The notes beneath the pieces are model-generated. The model made no database searches, had not been told where the DNA came from, and worked only from the letters and a program-made list of their open reading frames with translations. This document shows positions 1-12,900 of a stretch of 64,000 nucleotides of DNA, piece after piece (the first letter of the stretch is position 1; every line of letters starts with the position of its first letter). The stretch spans positions 1-64,000 of the forward strand of contig JAQGDQ010000314.1 in the NCBI GenBank assembly GCA_030141605.1. The letters are read 5' to 3'. The position numbers were made by a program, and so were the translations under genes. The stretch is from Tubiluchus corallicola. Its lineage: Eukaryota; Animalia; Priapulida.

Positions 1-940
1 ATGCAAATTATGCGTTGCTGTGACAACTGTCAGCAGCACTGCTCAGCAACGAGTACTACACATAGCACAACCGTTGCAGGACAAAACAAAAATAAATAAT
101 ATCTGCTTTATACATTTATTATCATCATCACGTTTGTTTGGTTTTATATGCACAGCTGCATAAATTCTTCACACATTCAGTATTTACAAAAGTGTGTTGC
201 AGCGCATCGCATCGCAACAAGTTGAATTGTAATCTCTTTTTATTGCTGTTGCAATGCTATGCAGCAAATGTGGATGTGCGATTGCAAATCTCTTATTCTA
301 GCATAATTGCCACATCTTGCATCACAAGCAACTGTCATTCAACGTACAGAGCAAATTACCAAAGTGCCTTATTATCCCTGTCAGTAGTATCGTTAACAAT
401 AAATACAGATGTCAGCATCGTCATGATTTGAGGAGCAATTGTCACCTAATTTGCTTAAAACTAGTCTCAATGCTTGAGTTTGATTCTCTGATTGGAAATA
501 TATAGGCAGCATCACAGTTCATAACCTTACTTGCCTTAATGATCGGTAAAGCCTGCATTGCTGATGAACAATATTTTTAAAATGTAACATTTAGAGAGCA
601 AATATTTTAAAAATTGACAAATGCATATTTTTCTGCATCAGTCGGTTAGTTTCAAGAATGTGCTTGTAACTTTAAAAATTTCATGACAGGCAATGTTCCA
701 TGACTTCTTAGTAATGACACTTACTCTAGACACTTCATTATTTCTTAGTGCAGCATGAACTGAAAAAAGTTCAGGTTTGCATGCCAATAGTAAGCAGGCA
801 CAGAAAATTTGTTTGACAGCACCCGTTACAAAATGCATTAATTTTTATAACTATAAAAGTTAAGTACACAGTATTCCCAAAAAAAAAATTAATTTGTCCC
901 AAAATTTGTAGTTTAATATCACCTAAACTTTCAGCTGCTG

Positions 941-3900
941 TCATACATGAGGAGCAACTTGTGTCCCATCTGGCTTGTCATTGGCCACCTGAAGCATCTG
1001 AGCTCTGCCTTGATGAGGCACAACAGGGATTTTGAGATGCATTGTGGCTAGTGGCGGAGGATTGGACACTGGCGGTGGTTTGGCTTGCACGTGCGTAGCA
1101 TTGAGAAACTGATTGGAAAACAAGTCTTGAAAGTTTTGAGACAGGCTGCTAGGCGGCGTCAGCGTCGAGTTGAGATTGATGAATTGAGGCTGAGACAATT
1201 GCTGGTTCTGCTGAGGCGCTGCTGGCTGTCGTGGCGACGTCTTCTCCAGGGGCATCTTAGTGAATGTTATGTTTGGCATAGTATGGGCGGAGATGGCTGT
1301 AACAAGGAAAATAAAAGTTACATTTGATATTAAAAACCAGTACAAGCCAAAATTAAAAAACAACATACATGACATGCCCACATCCACAAGCGTCATGATA
1401 GTGCTAAAATACACCTTTGGAAGAGCATGTATTTACAAAATTAAGAGAAATTTTTCACTGTTTAAAAGAACTTAGATCTAAAATTATTTTTATGACAATA
1501 ATTAACAACACTATCAGAAACACATCTCTCACAAACTGATTTTCATGTAGATGCCATTCTTAAATTACTTGTTGTTAACCTGGGGTGGGGCTACTGTAAA
1601 ATCTGTGACTTTATTCACATGTGACACCTTAAATTTCATTCTCGTACCTGTGCTGGAGGCATCAAGGTTACATGTCGGTACCGGCGACGGTGCATTAGCT
1701 CGAGCGTTTGTCATGGAATGCAGAGCGTTAACGGCTCCGGCACCCTTAAGAATGATATTACCGCCAGCAAGTGACTGGGACTGGAAGCCATTCAAGACGG
1801 CTGCGGATGAAACAACAGGCTGCTGGCCGAGCTGGCGTGTTAGGGTACCCTGCAACAGAGAATAACTTATTAATGTTGATAATATCACCAAATCACCTGC
1901 ACATCCACTAAGCTTGCCCTCTATTCATTATTATTATTGCAGAAACTAAAAACTTTTATATACATAGACATGCATAGAACAGAGACCTATGGGCAAAAAA
2001 CAGCTAAAAACAAATGTTTTTAATGTTGATAATATCACCAAATCACCTGCACATCCACTAAGCTTGCCCTCTATTCATTATTATTATTGCAGAAACTAAA
2101 AACTTTTATATACATAGACATGCATAGAACAGAGACCTATGGGCAAAAAACAGCTAAAAACAAATGTTTTTAATGTTGATAATATGACCAAATCACCTGC
2201 ACATCCACTAAGCTTGCCCTCTATTCATTATTATTATTGCTGAAACTAAAAACTTTTATATACATAGACACGCATAGAACAGAGACCTATGGGTAAAAAA
2301 TAGCTAAAAACAAATGTTTTGACTTGCCATTTAATGAATAACATAAATGTAAACGTATTGCTCAAAAAAAAACTGGTAAAGTAAGCAAAATATTACGCAT
2401 TTTAGTCATTTCACTACTTTCTGCATTTTAGTTTAATTATCTCAAGGCGTGCAAGTTGTCATGAAATACAATAAAACCTGCACTGGGATTTGATGGTAAG
2501 CTGTTCTTTTAACACATATTTGCTGCATATATTAACATCATAAACAGAAAAAGCAAACTTCATTTTCTTGTTAAAACCATAAGGTCAATAAATTAAATCC
2601 GGGCTACATACATTCTATTACTGAATTATGTATATAAGCTTACCACATTAAATGGTGTTGTAGCACGGGTTGTTGAAATCGTTGTCTGAGCAGCAGGTGG
2701 TTCTGTAACTATTGGAGCTTCCATCAATGCAGCTAGTGCCGGCATAGAACTTGCCATACTACCCGCACCGCCACCTCTCTTCGGCGCTTTCGTCGTCCGG
2801 CCCCGCTTGGCACCCCCGCCTCGATTGCTCACAGGAGCGGGGTTGCTCCACACTAAGACATTAGACGACGAATTTGCCACATTACTCGTCACAAACTGAG
2901 GTCCATTTTCCGTCAGAATGTAGCCACTGTTTTCACTGTTTACTGGCGGCATTGTTACAGCTAAACCTTTTCCTTGTAAAGCAGCAAGATCTACAGGAGA
3001 GATAGTCAATTGCAAGTCTTTGACTGGTTGCTGCATCTCTTTTACCGCCGCGGGAATCGTGTGCACTTGCTGTTGTTGCTGCTGAGTTTGGTTATTTCTT
3101 GTTGTTTGTATTTGCACATTTTTATTTAATAATGTCATAGTTAAATTCACAGTTCCGCTCTGTAATTGTGTACTGCCTATATTGAAAGCGCCGGCTATCG
3201 TTGATGGAGTCAAGTTTATTGTTGCCGTGGTAACACCACTGCTGGTGACGCCAGACAGTGGACCAGAAACCGCTGACAGTGGAATAGTTATTGTGCCGAT
3301 TTGTAAACCGCCAACGGCAGAAGGCGCTTCTGGAGGTTTCACTTTCACATCGGGTGTAACCCGTATTGGGGGTGTTACTTTATTCACAGTTGGCACAGAG
3401 CGAGGTAAGTTTACTGGCCGAATAATTTTCGGTGTTGTCCTAGGAGCGGTGGAACTGCTTTGGTCCATTAAGTTTGCGAGGAGTTCGTTCGACGCGATGA
3501 TTCCTTCTTTGGATGTTGGAACGGGATTCTCCACGCACATTTTCCTATAAAAAATAAGAATCTAGTGAGAATTGTTGCCTTTCAAAAACATCTGGTGTTT
3601 AAGACTCACTTATTACAACTAGTTAAAGAGAAGCTTAAGAAAAGCTCTAAATACTGTTTGTTACTTTCAAGCAAAATGGAGTTAAGATGTTTCAGAAAAA
3701 TGACAAAACAATTCTAATATAACAGGTATTCCCATTCATAGTCAAAACGCGTTTTCAATAGAGCCCTTTCTTGATGCTGGAGGTCAGTTAGGGTAATATG
3801 GTCACTCACAAGCCCAAATTCTAACCACATGTTTAAAGCTAAGTCAAATAGAAGTTCATTATGATCCAAATTAGAATCACAAGTCATATCATCAAGCAAA

Positions 3901-6900
3901 GACACACCTCAAGTCATTAGAATCCCTGACTGCATGTATTTAACAGCAACAGGAGCAAGAAAATTCTACTACTTGTTCCTTATTAATGCACCTTTCATGG
4001 ATAATACAGAACAGAAAAGCAGAAAATTTTCACCTTTGGGAACTATGCAAACATGGCATTCAGTAAAATTACAAATGAAAATACAGCTACGTTAAGCGGA
4101 GTTGTATTTTACCGAATTATGGTTATATAATCAATAAGGCACACATAAACTGATAAAAATGAATATATATTATTTTTTATATCATATTAATTCATTACTT
4201 GTTATTAAAATGGTTCACTCATATTAATAAAATCGAGTAAGCCTCAACGTAAAGTTAATATAACAATACTGTTCAAGACAAATGCGTCCAATGCAGCCTA
4301 AAAACCCAATAGTGCAAAACTAACGTCTAATTGTTTACAATATATGGACATATTTACAAACACGATATTAAAACATATTTACAAAACAATATTACAAAAG
4401 TACATTAAATTTTACATGACATTTACACTGTGTATACATTTGACATTACACAACTAATATAACACGCATTACGTTACATAAATTTTAATATTCTTAATCA
4501 TTTTATGTAGATCTGGGGCGAGGGTAGATGAAAGTTGAGTCTGTGTAATTAGTATCAGATGCATAATTCGGAAGTTGAAACCTGTTACATTGATATTCTC
4601 TTAATTTCTTTTTAAACTGACGGAGAGATTATATTTGTTTTATTTCACTAGGTAGCGAGTTCCATAAACGTATGGTTTGTTTTGATATAGAGTTATTTCC
4701 AAATTTATTGTTTACCGTAATTTGCTTTAAATCTATCATTTAAAGTGATATCAGGAATGAATGATAAAGGATTGCTTATAAACGGAATGCTCAGTTTATT
4801 GACATATTTACAAAGAAATATCAGTGTTTTGTAATCTCGATAGGCTTCTAATATTGGTATTTTTGTGGAACTTCTTAAATTTGTTGCAGCATATATAACA
4901 AATATGACAAATTAGGTTATTTTAACATTTAGGCACGCAAAGTTCAAATGTTGGTTTAGGCCAAAATTCTCATTACTTCAGTAGTGTAGTCAGCCATGTA
5001 CATTGTACTGTACTGTACTGTACATTACTGTAGTCAGCCATGTACATTGTACTGTACTGTACTGTACATTACTGTAGTCAGCCATGTACATTGTACTGTA
5101 CTGTACTGTACATTACTGTAGTCAGCCATGTACATTGTACTGTACTGTACATTACTGTAGTCAGCCATGTACATTGTACTGTACTGTACTGTACATTACT
5201 GTAGTCAGCCATGTACATTGTACTGTACTGTACTGTACATTACTGTAGTCAGCCATGTACATTGTACTGTACTGTACATTACTGTAGTCAGCCATGTACA
5301 TTGTACAAATAAAATACATGTAAAAACATTTACAAAGCATACTTTATATGTGCTTGTCACCATATCAAGCACACAGAAAAACATTGCTGTACGTACTTTA
5401 GAGGAGGAGGATGAACATAACGATCCATGGCTGATCGGAATGCTGATCGTAGAAGATCCGATTTTCGATCAAAAACTGCAAAGCCATTGGTCATTTGCCT
5501 GGCACCAAACCTACATGTCTGTATAAATACAAACAATAAAAACTATAAAATGTTACCCACAGCAGTCTTATTTTCCAAGGGACAGATATAATTCTAACTA
5601 CAACTGAGAAAAGTATGTCTTTTGTTCGATTTAGATATTAGATTACAGGCCGTGTAACCCACTACAGCAGAAATTAAAATAAGAGAGGGACAAATACAGT
5701 GGCGAGTGAAATCTAGAACGAAATTAACATGTGAAATTTCTGTAACATTTAGTTGCTAAAGTGCATAACAGAACTGAAATGAACTGAGAAGAGTTTGATG
5801 AACTAACAGCAATCATGGCACTTACTAATCAAGCTTGAGAACTTTTCCCCCCCGACTTGCTGCTTGTCTATCATATTAAAAGCCTTGTCGTGTGTTGATT
5901 TATTTATGTCATGCCTAAGGTCCCAGTATGACACGCTCCACACAGCTATAGTCACATAGCCCATGTTTCAGTCAATTTACAACAATTTCATGGGTCTCTC
6001 AAATATGAGTTAAATAGATTTAGTTAGTGTCATACTGGAATAGCAATGGTGATGTGTATAAGAATGCAAATGTGGGCAAACAAAGTGTAACGTACAGCTA
6101 TCGGCTTTGGATGTTGGTACGGTGTTGATCGAGTAGATGAGCCTGGTTTTCTCGCATCTAGCAATCCCTCAGCAAGATTTCGGATACTGCAAGTCGGTCT
6201 TGTTGTTCGTAGCAACGTCGTCCCCGGCAACCTGGAAAACAACATTGAAAACTAAACGCTGATATTTACAAATACGCTGAATTTTTAGATACTATAATCA
6301 GAGATTTCTTTTTTATATTTATCTGTTACACTGACTTTATAAATTGATACAGTGATAGAGTAGCTACTTTCTACATTGTTGCAGCATTTGTCTTAAGAAA
6401 ACCAAAAACAAGAGATTAAAATGTGCACATGTTTTTAAGTAGACCTTACATCATGATATGTACAAAGATTATAAGATGATAAATTTAATTAGTTACATTA
6501 GTAAGTTTGCAGATATATATTGGTTTACTACATTATGAACAATACATGGCATAGCTACATTTTAGTTATAAAAATTAGCACATGATACAATGATAAAGTT
6601 GTATAGGCTAAAACCTACATCATGAATAAACATTTATCATATTATGTTATGTAAAAGTGTATCACATACCTATCTACTAGGACCCGAGGATATCCTCGAT
6701 AAGGACTTTCTGGGAGATAACATTGCGCTGGGCAATTGCTAAATCAATTTAATACAGATTGCCCAGAAAATTTACAGAGTGAGAACTTGACATATATAAG
6801 AATTGGTTACAATATAAAATTCTGCTAGTTTTACTTTTTTCTTATAACAAATATTTTTGGTAACCCAATTTAACAAAGAAATGTTTACTGTATAGTTATA

Positions 6901-9900
6901 AATTGAACCACTAAATCAGTTACCCATTTGATACTGCTACAAGCTAATGTTTTAACAACAACAATTTATGTTGATTTTCTCCCCTACCAATATAATGTGA
7001 AAAGCCATCAGAATTAGTAGCAAACCACTCTACATAGTTAAAAGGTGACTCCACATAGGTGTCATACAGCAACTCTTTTATTCGGTTAATTTGACTTCAT
7101 CAGTTTTTTTTACCTATACTGTTTCTTTTTGTTTCAATAATATTGTATGTTGATGAATTGTATATGTATTGCTGGAGTGAAATAAATTGATTGATTGATT
7201 GATAAAACGGTACCTTGAAAGTGCAGTGGCACTGGTTGCTAAGGGCATCGTTGGCATGGTAATTTTTGTTGTCGCGGAAGTACTTGGAGACGGACGATGG
7301 ATTTTCTTTTCCATCTTTCTGAGATGAGCTCTACTGGATGCCTTTAAACTGTAGAAAAGCAAAAATTGCTTAGTGCTTATAAGTGCAACAGCTAAGGTTA
7401 AACTCACACAATAATACAATGTTTTTGCACTGGCAATATTTCATGCTTATTATACTTGTTAAAATTTACAACTTTAAATATTTATACATTAATTCAATTT
7501 ATATATACATTTAATAATAAGTTGAATTGGTTATCCTAAAAAATTCTAATTCTATACTCTATAATCTAATATTTGCATTCAATGAAAATTGGATTGATTC
7601 CCAAGGACACAGCATTGAACATTGTTCTAGTAGCATTACTGAACTTATGAGGATTGTAAGCAAAGTTTTGAAATCCCTGCCTCCTTGAGCAAGGAATTTT
7701 TTCGTCAGCACTGAATGGCCAAGCATGATTCACACAGCATTATACAGTCAATAAATCTAATGAAGTTAAAGAATTTGCAGGTACATTCTGAGGTGACAGG
7801 CGTCATTACTCATTTTTTTAGCATTACATAAATTTTGGAGTGATGCCAAAAAGCGTTTCTTACGGCTTTCGAAAAAAATTTGCTATAACGATTGTTATCC
7901 ACAGCTGTCCTTACTATTTTATTTTAACCCAAGAGTCTGATATGCCAAGTGTAGCGGGTGCATAGGCCCTTTTGGTCTTTATTTAGTTACTGCCACGGTG
8001 CTGCCACCTGTTTGTTTATTTAGTAGACTTTTGCCTTTTACTGTAGTCACTCTTTTAAAATTGAAGCACCTAATATCCTTGAATATATTCGCTTTTTGAT
8101 CTTTCGCTCTAGCTATAGTAGTTGTCTGACATTTTACCCGGCTTTTGATTCTCTCGGCCATTGCTCTTGTGTTGTGTCTGAACATTATGTCTGTAACTCT
8201 CTTACGAGTTTATTGTAGTGACAACGTTGTTGTTGATACCTTGGAGTTCTCATTCCGTCTGTGTAATTGCTAAAGGCTCTAACAACGTAAGTCATTATTA
8301 ATTAATTTCATTGCAGTGACAGTTTTGTTTTTCAGCTTGTATTTCAATACTTGTGAAGTATTTATTTGATGTTGCAGCTAAAACTTGATCCATGTAGTTT
8401 TTGTGAGCAATAGCTGTTGCGGCGTGTTCCTGTAATACCTTTATGGTATCTTGTAGATCTCATATTGTGTTGTATCTAACCTGATTGCTCAAACGTTCGT
8501 TTCATTTTCTCCTGTTAAAATTTGCTCTTTCAAATCATTGTATTTATTACAGAATAAAGAAACTTTTTGGAGGAACACGAACTGGTGTTTTGCATCCATT
8601 TCATCCTTTATTGTTGAGCTGTTCTCAGTACACCTGGAGGACATGAGAAGAGATCAAGGGTGCCAACGAACGTCACATGGAGCAGGCTCAAGGACGACCT
8701 AGATCTGCCCTCTCACCTGTGTTACACACGCTTTGAGTCTACCGCCGTGCCTGGCTGAACGGAAATGGGATTCATCGCTGCGTAATGTTGTATCTACTGC
8801 TTTGTGCCCAAGTCCTTTGAACGTGTTCTTACTACTGAACTACATGTCTTCGTAGATGCTTCACAAGCTGCTTATGCAGCAGTTGCTTATCTTCGCCTAG
8901 TCGATGTTAATGACCATATTTACTGCAGTTTTGTCATCGGTAAATGTCGGTTAGCACCACTCAAGACCCTTACTATACCCAGACTAGAACTGTGTGCGGC
9001 TCTTATGGGTGTAAGGATTGACGAAACATTGAGACGTGAAATACAGCCAAGCATCGAAAACACATACTTCTGGACAGATAGTATGATTGTTCTAAGATAT
9101 ATCAATAACTCGGACAAACGCTTCAAGACCTTTGTGGCAAATAGATTATCAGCCATTCACGAGCAGTCTTCACCAAGTCAATGGTATCACATTGCAAGTG
9201 ACAAGAACCCAGCAGATATTGCTACAAGAGGGCTAGGTGCTCAACAGCTTATTGATAATAAGGTTTGGCTCAGTGGTCCAGAATTTCTGTGGGATGCATC
9301 AAGTACCTGGACTAGTATGTCTACAATTCCTTTTGATGTTCAAAACACAGATGACCTTGAGGTAAAGCTTGATGCAGCAGGAATAAAGGCAAACACAGTA
9401 GTAGTAAAAGATAGCCAGGAACCACTTTTGTTGTTCATACGTCACTTCTCTTCTTGGTACAGATTGAAGAAGGCCATTGCATGGCTCCTTAGATTGAAGT
9501 GCATTCTACTTCAAAGGGTCAGAAAATCTCCAAATATGATGGTTCACACTGGCAGGCTTACAGTTCAAGAGCTGGCTGAAGCAGAGGAATCTATCATAAT
9601 GTATCTTCAAGATGTTCATTTTCAGAAGGAAAAGGCTGCATTGACACATCTGAGCATGGATGTTACAAGGACTGATAGCAAGCAAAGGTCAGCTAAAAGG
9701 ATTTTGCAGTCTAGCTGCCTTTTCAAGCTTGATCCAATACTAACATCTAATGGTCTAATTTGTATAGGAGGTAGAATCAAGCACAAGCACCAGCCTATAA
9801 TTCCCAGAGATGAACATGTTGTTTCTCTGATCATCAGAGAAATGCATGAAAGGACTGGCCATTCAGGCAGAGAGCATGTGATGGCAAAGCTTCGCGATAA

Positions 9901-12900
9901 ATTCTGGATTATAAAGGCAAGGCCAATGGTAAGGCGTTTATTATCCAGCTGTACAATTTGTAAGCGTCGTGATGCTCGCCTAGAATGTCAAAAGATGGCG
10001 GACCTTCCTAATGACAGGCTTGAGTCTGGAAACCCTCCATTTTTGCGAGTAGGAGTTGACTGCTTCGGGCGCTTTCTTGCCAAACGGGGCCGTGCACTAG
10101 TGAAACGTTACGGCTGTCTGTTCACATGTCTGGCAACAAGAGCCATTCACCTAGAACTTTTGTTTTCCTTGGAAACTGACAGTTTTTTGAACGGACTATT
10201 TCGTTTTATCAGCAGAAGAGGAGTTCCCGAGCTCATCAGATCAGACTGTGGCACAAACTTCGTTGGTGCTAATGAAAAGCTAAAGAAAGCAATTCAGAAT
10301 TGGAATCAAGAGCAAATCGATACTGCCTTACGTCAGCAGAATATCCAATGGAAATTCAACACACCCTCAGCTTCACATCAAGGAGGAGTATGGGAACGTA
10401 TGATACGTTCAGTACGCAAAGTGATGTCTTCCATTGCAAATCTGCAAACAGTAGATGACGACAGTCTTATAACTCTGTTTTGTCAAGTAGAAGCCATCAT
10501 AAATGGTCGACCGCTTAGTATTGTGTCTGATGATCCACGAGACCTACAGCCTCTTACACCCAATCACATTCTTCTTCTAAGAGGTGGTCCAACATTGCCC
10601 TTTGGTAAATTTTCTGAGACTGATTTGTACAAAAAACGTTGGAGGCAAGTTCAATATTTGTTGGACATCTTCTGGAAGCGATGGGTATCCGAATACTTGC
10701 CATTGCTTCAAAGCCGTCAGAAATGGCACCATAGGTCTCAAAATTTGAAGATTGGAGATATTGTTATTGTTGCAGACCAGAATTTACCAAGAGGACATTG
10801 GAAACTGGCACGAATAGACAATGTATTTCCTGGCAAGGATGGCTTAGTTAGATCCGTAGAGGTTCGGATGGGTGACTCTGTCTTGCGTAGACCAATTCAC
10901 AAAATTGCTTTACTTGAACGTATTGATGAAAATGTTTACCAAATTGATTAAATGTTCGTAAATTGCTCATTTAATGAGGGGCGGTGTAGCGGGTGCATAG
11001 GCCCTTTTGGTCTTTATTTAGTTACTGCCACGGTGCTGCCACCTGTTTGTTTATTTAGTAGACTTTTGCCTTTTACTGTAGTCACTCTTTTAAAATTGAA
11101 GCACCTAATATCCTTGAATATATTCGCTTTTTGATCTTTCGCTCTAGCTATAGTAGTTGTCTGACATTTTACCCGGCTTTTGATTCTCTCGGCCATTGCT
11201 CTTGTGTTGTGTCTGAACATTATGTCTGTAACTCTCTTACGAGTTTATTGTAGTGACAACGTTGTTGTTGATACCTTGGAGTTCTCATTCCGTCTGTGTA
11301 ATTGCTAAAGGCTCTAACAACGTAAGTCATTATTAATTAATTTCATTGCAGTGGCAGTTTTGTTTTTCAGCTTGTATTTCAATACTTGTGAAGTATTTAT
11401 TTGATGTTGCAGCTAAAACTTGATCCATGTAGTTTTTGTGAGCAATAGCTGTTGCGGCGTGTTCCTGTAATACCTTTATGGTATCTTGTAGATCTCATAT
11501 TGTGTTGTATCTAACCTGATTGCTCAAACGTTCGTTTCATTTTCTCCTGTTAAAATTTGCTCTTTCAAATCATTGTATTTATTACAGAATAAAGAAACTT
11601 TTTGGAGGAACACAAACTGGTGTTTTGCATCCATTTCACCAAGTGAGAGATATAATTCTATCTATAACTGAGAAAATCACATTTTTTTGTTCAATTTAGA
11701 TATTAGATCGTAGGCAGTGTAACCCGTTACAGCATAAATCAAATCAAAATACACTAATACAGTGGTGAGTGAAATGTAGAGCAAAACTAACATGTGAATG
11801 AGCCATCGATACTCTAGGGTAAAGTATATTTTTCCTTTAACTATCAATTGTTGAACTGCACACCAGAATTGAAGTGCCATGTGCATTAATTCTAGGCACG
11901 ACATCCAATGCAATTATATTTTCCAGGCCATTGATAACTATAATAATAAGGACAATAGCCACGCACTATATCTTATTTACAAACTGTTATGTCTGCACAT
12001 TTCTTTAATAATGCTGAACTAGGTTATCAACATTATTTTAGAACACCATATGCATATTAGTTTCCCAAAGTTTAATTTTCACACTAGCTAACAGATGAGG
12101 CTAGTGTACACTCAACACTTTGGAATAGCATGTGATAAAAAATCACCATCACTGACTTTAAAAAAGTTGATGCAGTTTATTAATTGCATGAATACTTTAC
12201 CTGGCAGGTGGCAGTCCAGCAGCAATAAGTGCTGCATCTCTGGATTCTCTGTGCTCCATAAGTAACTTGTCGAATGGCATGGAACGGCCAGGAACAGCAC
12301 GCCGTTGAGATAGCGCATGAGTCTATAATAGTGAAGGGAAATAGTAATAAAACCAACGCACAAAACAAATGTAGTGGTTAAAGTAGGGCTTATTTATTGG
12401 CAGTTATTAGCTAGTCAAATTTTGAAAGCGATTTGTTGAATGAGGTAAAATGTAAAACTGTAGAAAATGTCACGCAGTGACAACATTCACTATTACAATC
12501 ACCTCTTGTTGAAAATATTTTAACATACCTTACAAGTGAGACTTCGCGTACAGGGTTCTCCTGTTTCTGCCCACGGCACACCGCAGTGCTTATCTGGGTC
12601 AAACTCGCGGTCTGTAATAAGTAAAGAAAACACCAATGTTTCATGCATAGTCAAAACAATAAAGCTAGTGAGATTGCAATCTTAGTTTTCAAATGAAAGA
12701 AATTAAGATGTCAATAATTACAGCCATACGAATTGGAAATTGGCAATATAATGGTAGAAAAATTGGTATGTGTCAAAATTTACGCTGTGTAACACGTTAA
12801 CTGCTAACCAGGAGTATACATGTACTAGGTGGGCTCCACCCACTGCTACTACCACTATAGTTATAATTGATTAAATGATGCTATACCATACAGAATTGTT

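Larger units (their letters stand above)
7950..11638 (+). mobile_element. BEL/Pao LTR retrotransposon, internally deleted and non-autonomous, inserted antisense in ATXN7 intron 7
   Basis: Two 654-bp TG...CA LTRs (7950-8603, 10985-11638) differ at only 2 positions I could see. 5-bp TSD CCAAG (7945-7949, 11639-11643). Purine-rich PPT AATGAGGGGCGG precedes the 3' LTR. The internal ORF is Pao-type RNase H plus integrase. Confidence 0.97.

Noticed and set aside
7979-11220. Identical 68-aa minus-strand ORFs at 7979-8185 and 11014-11220
   Set aside because: They result from LTR duplication and have no recognisable motif.
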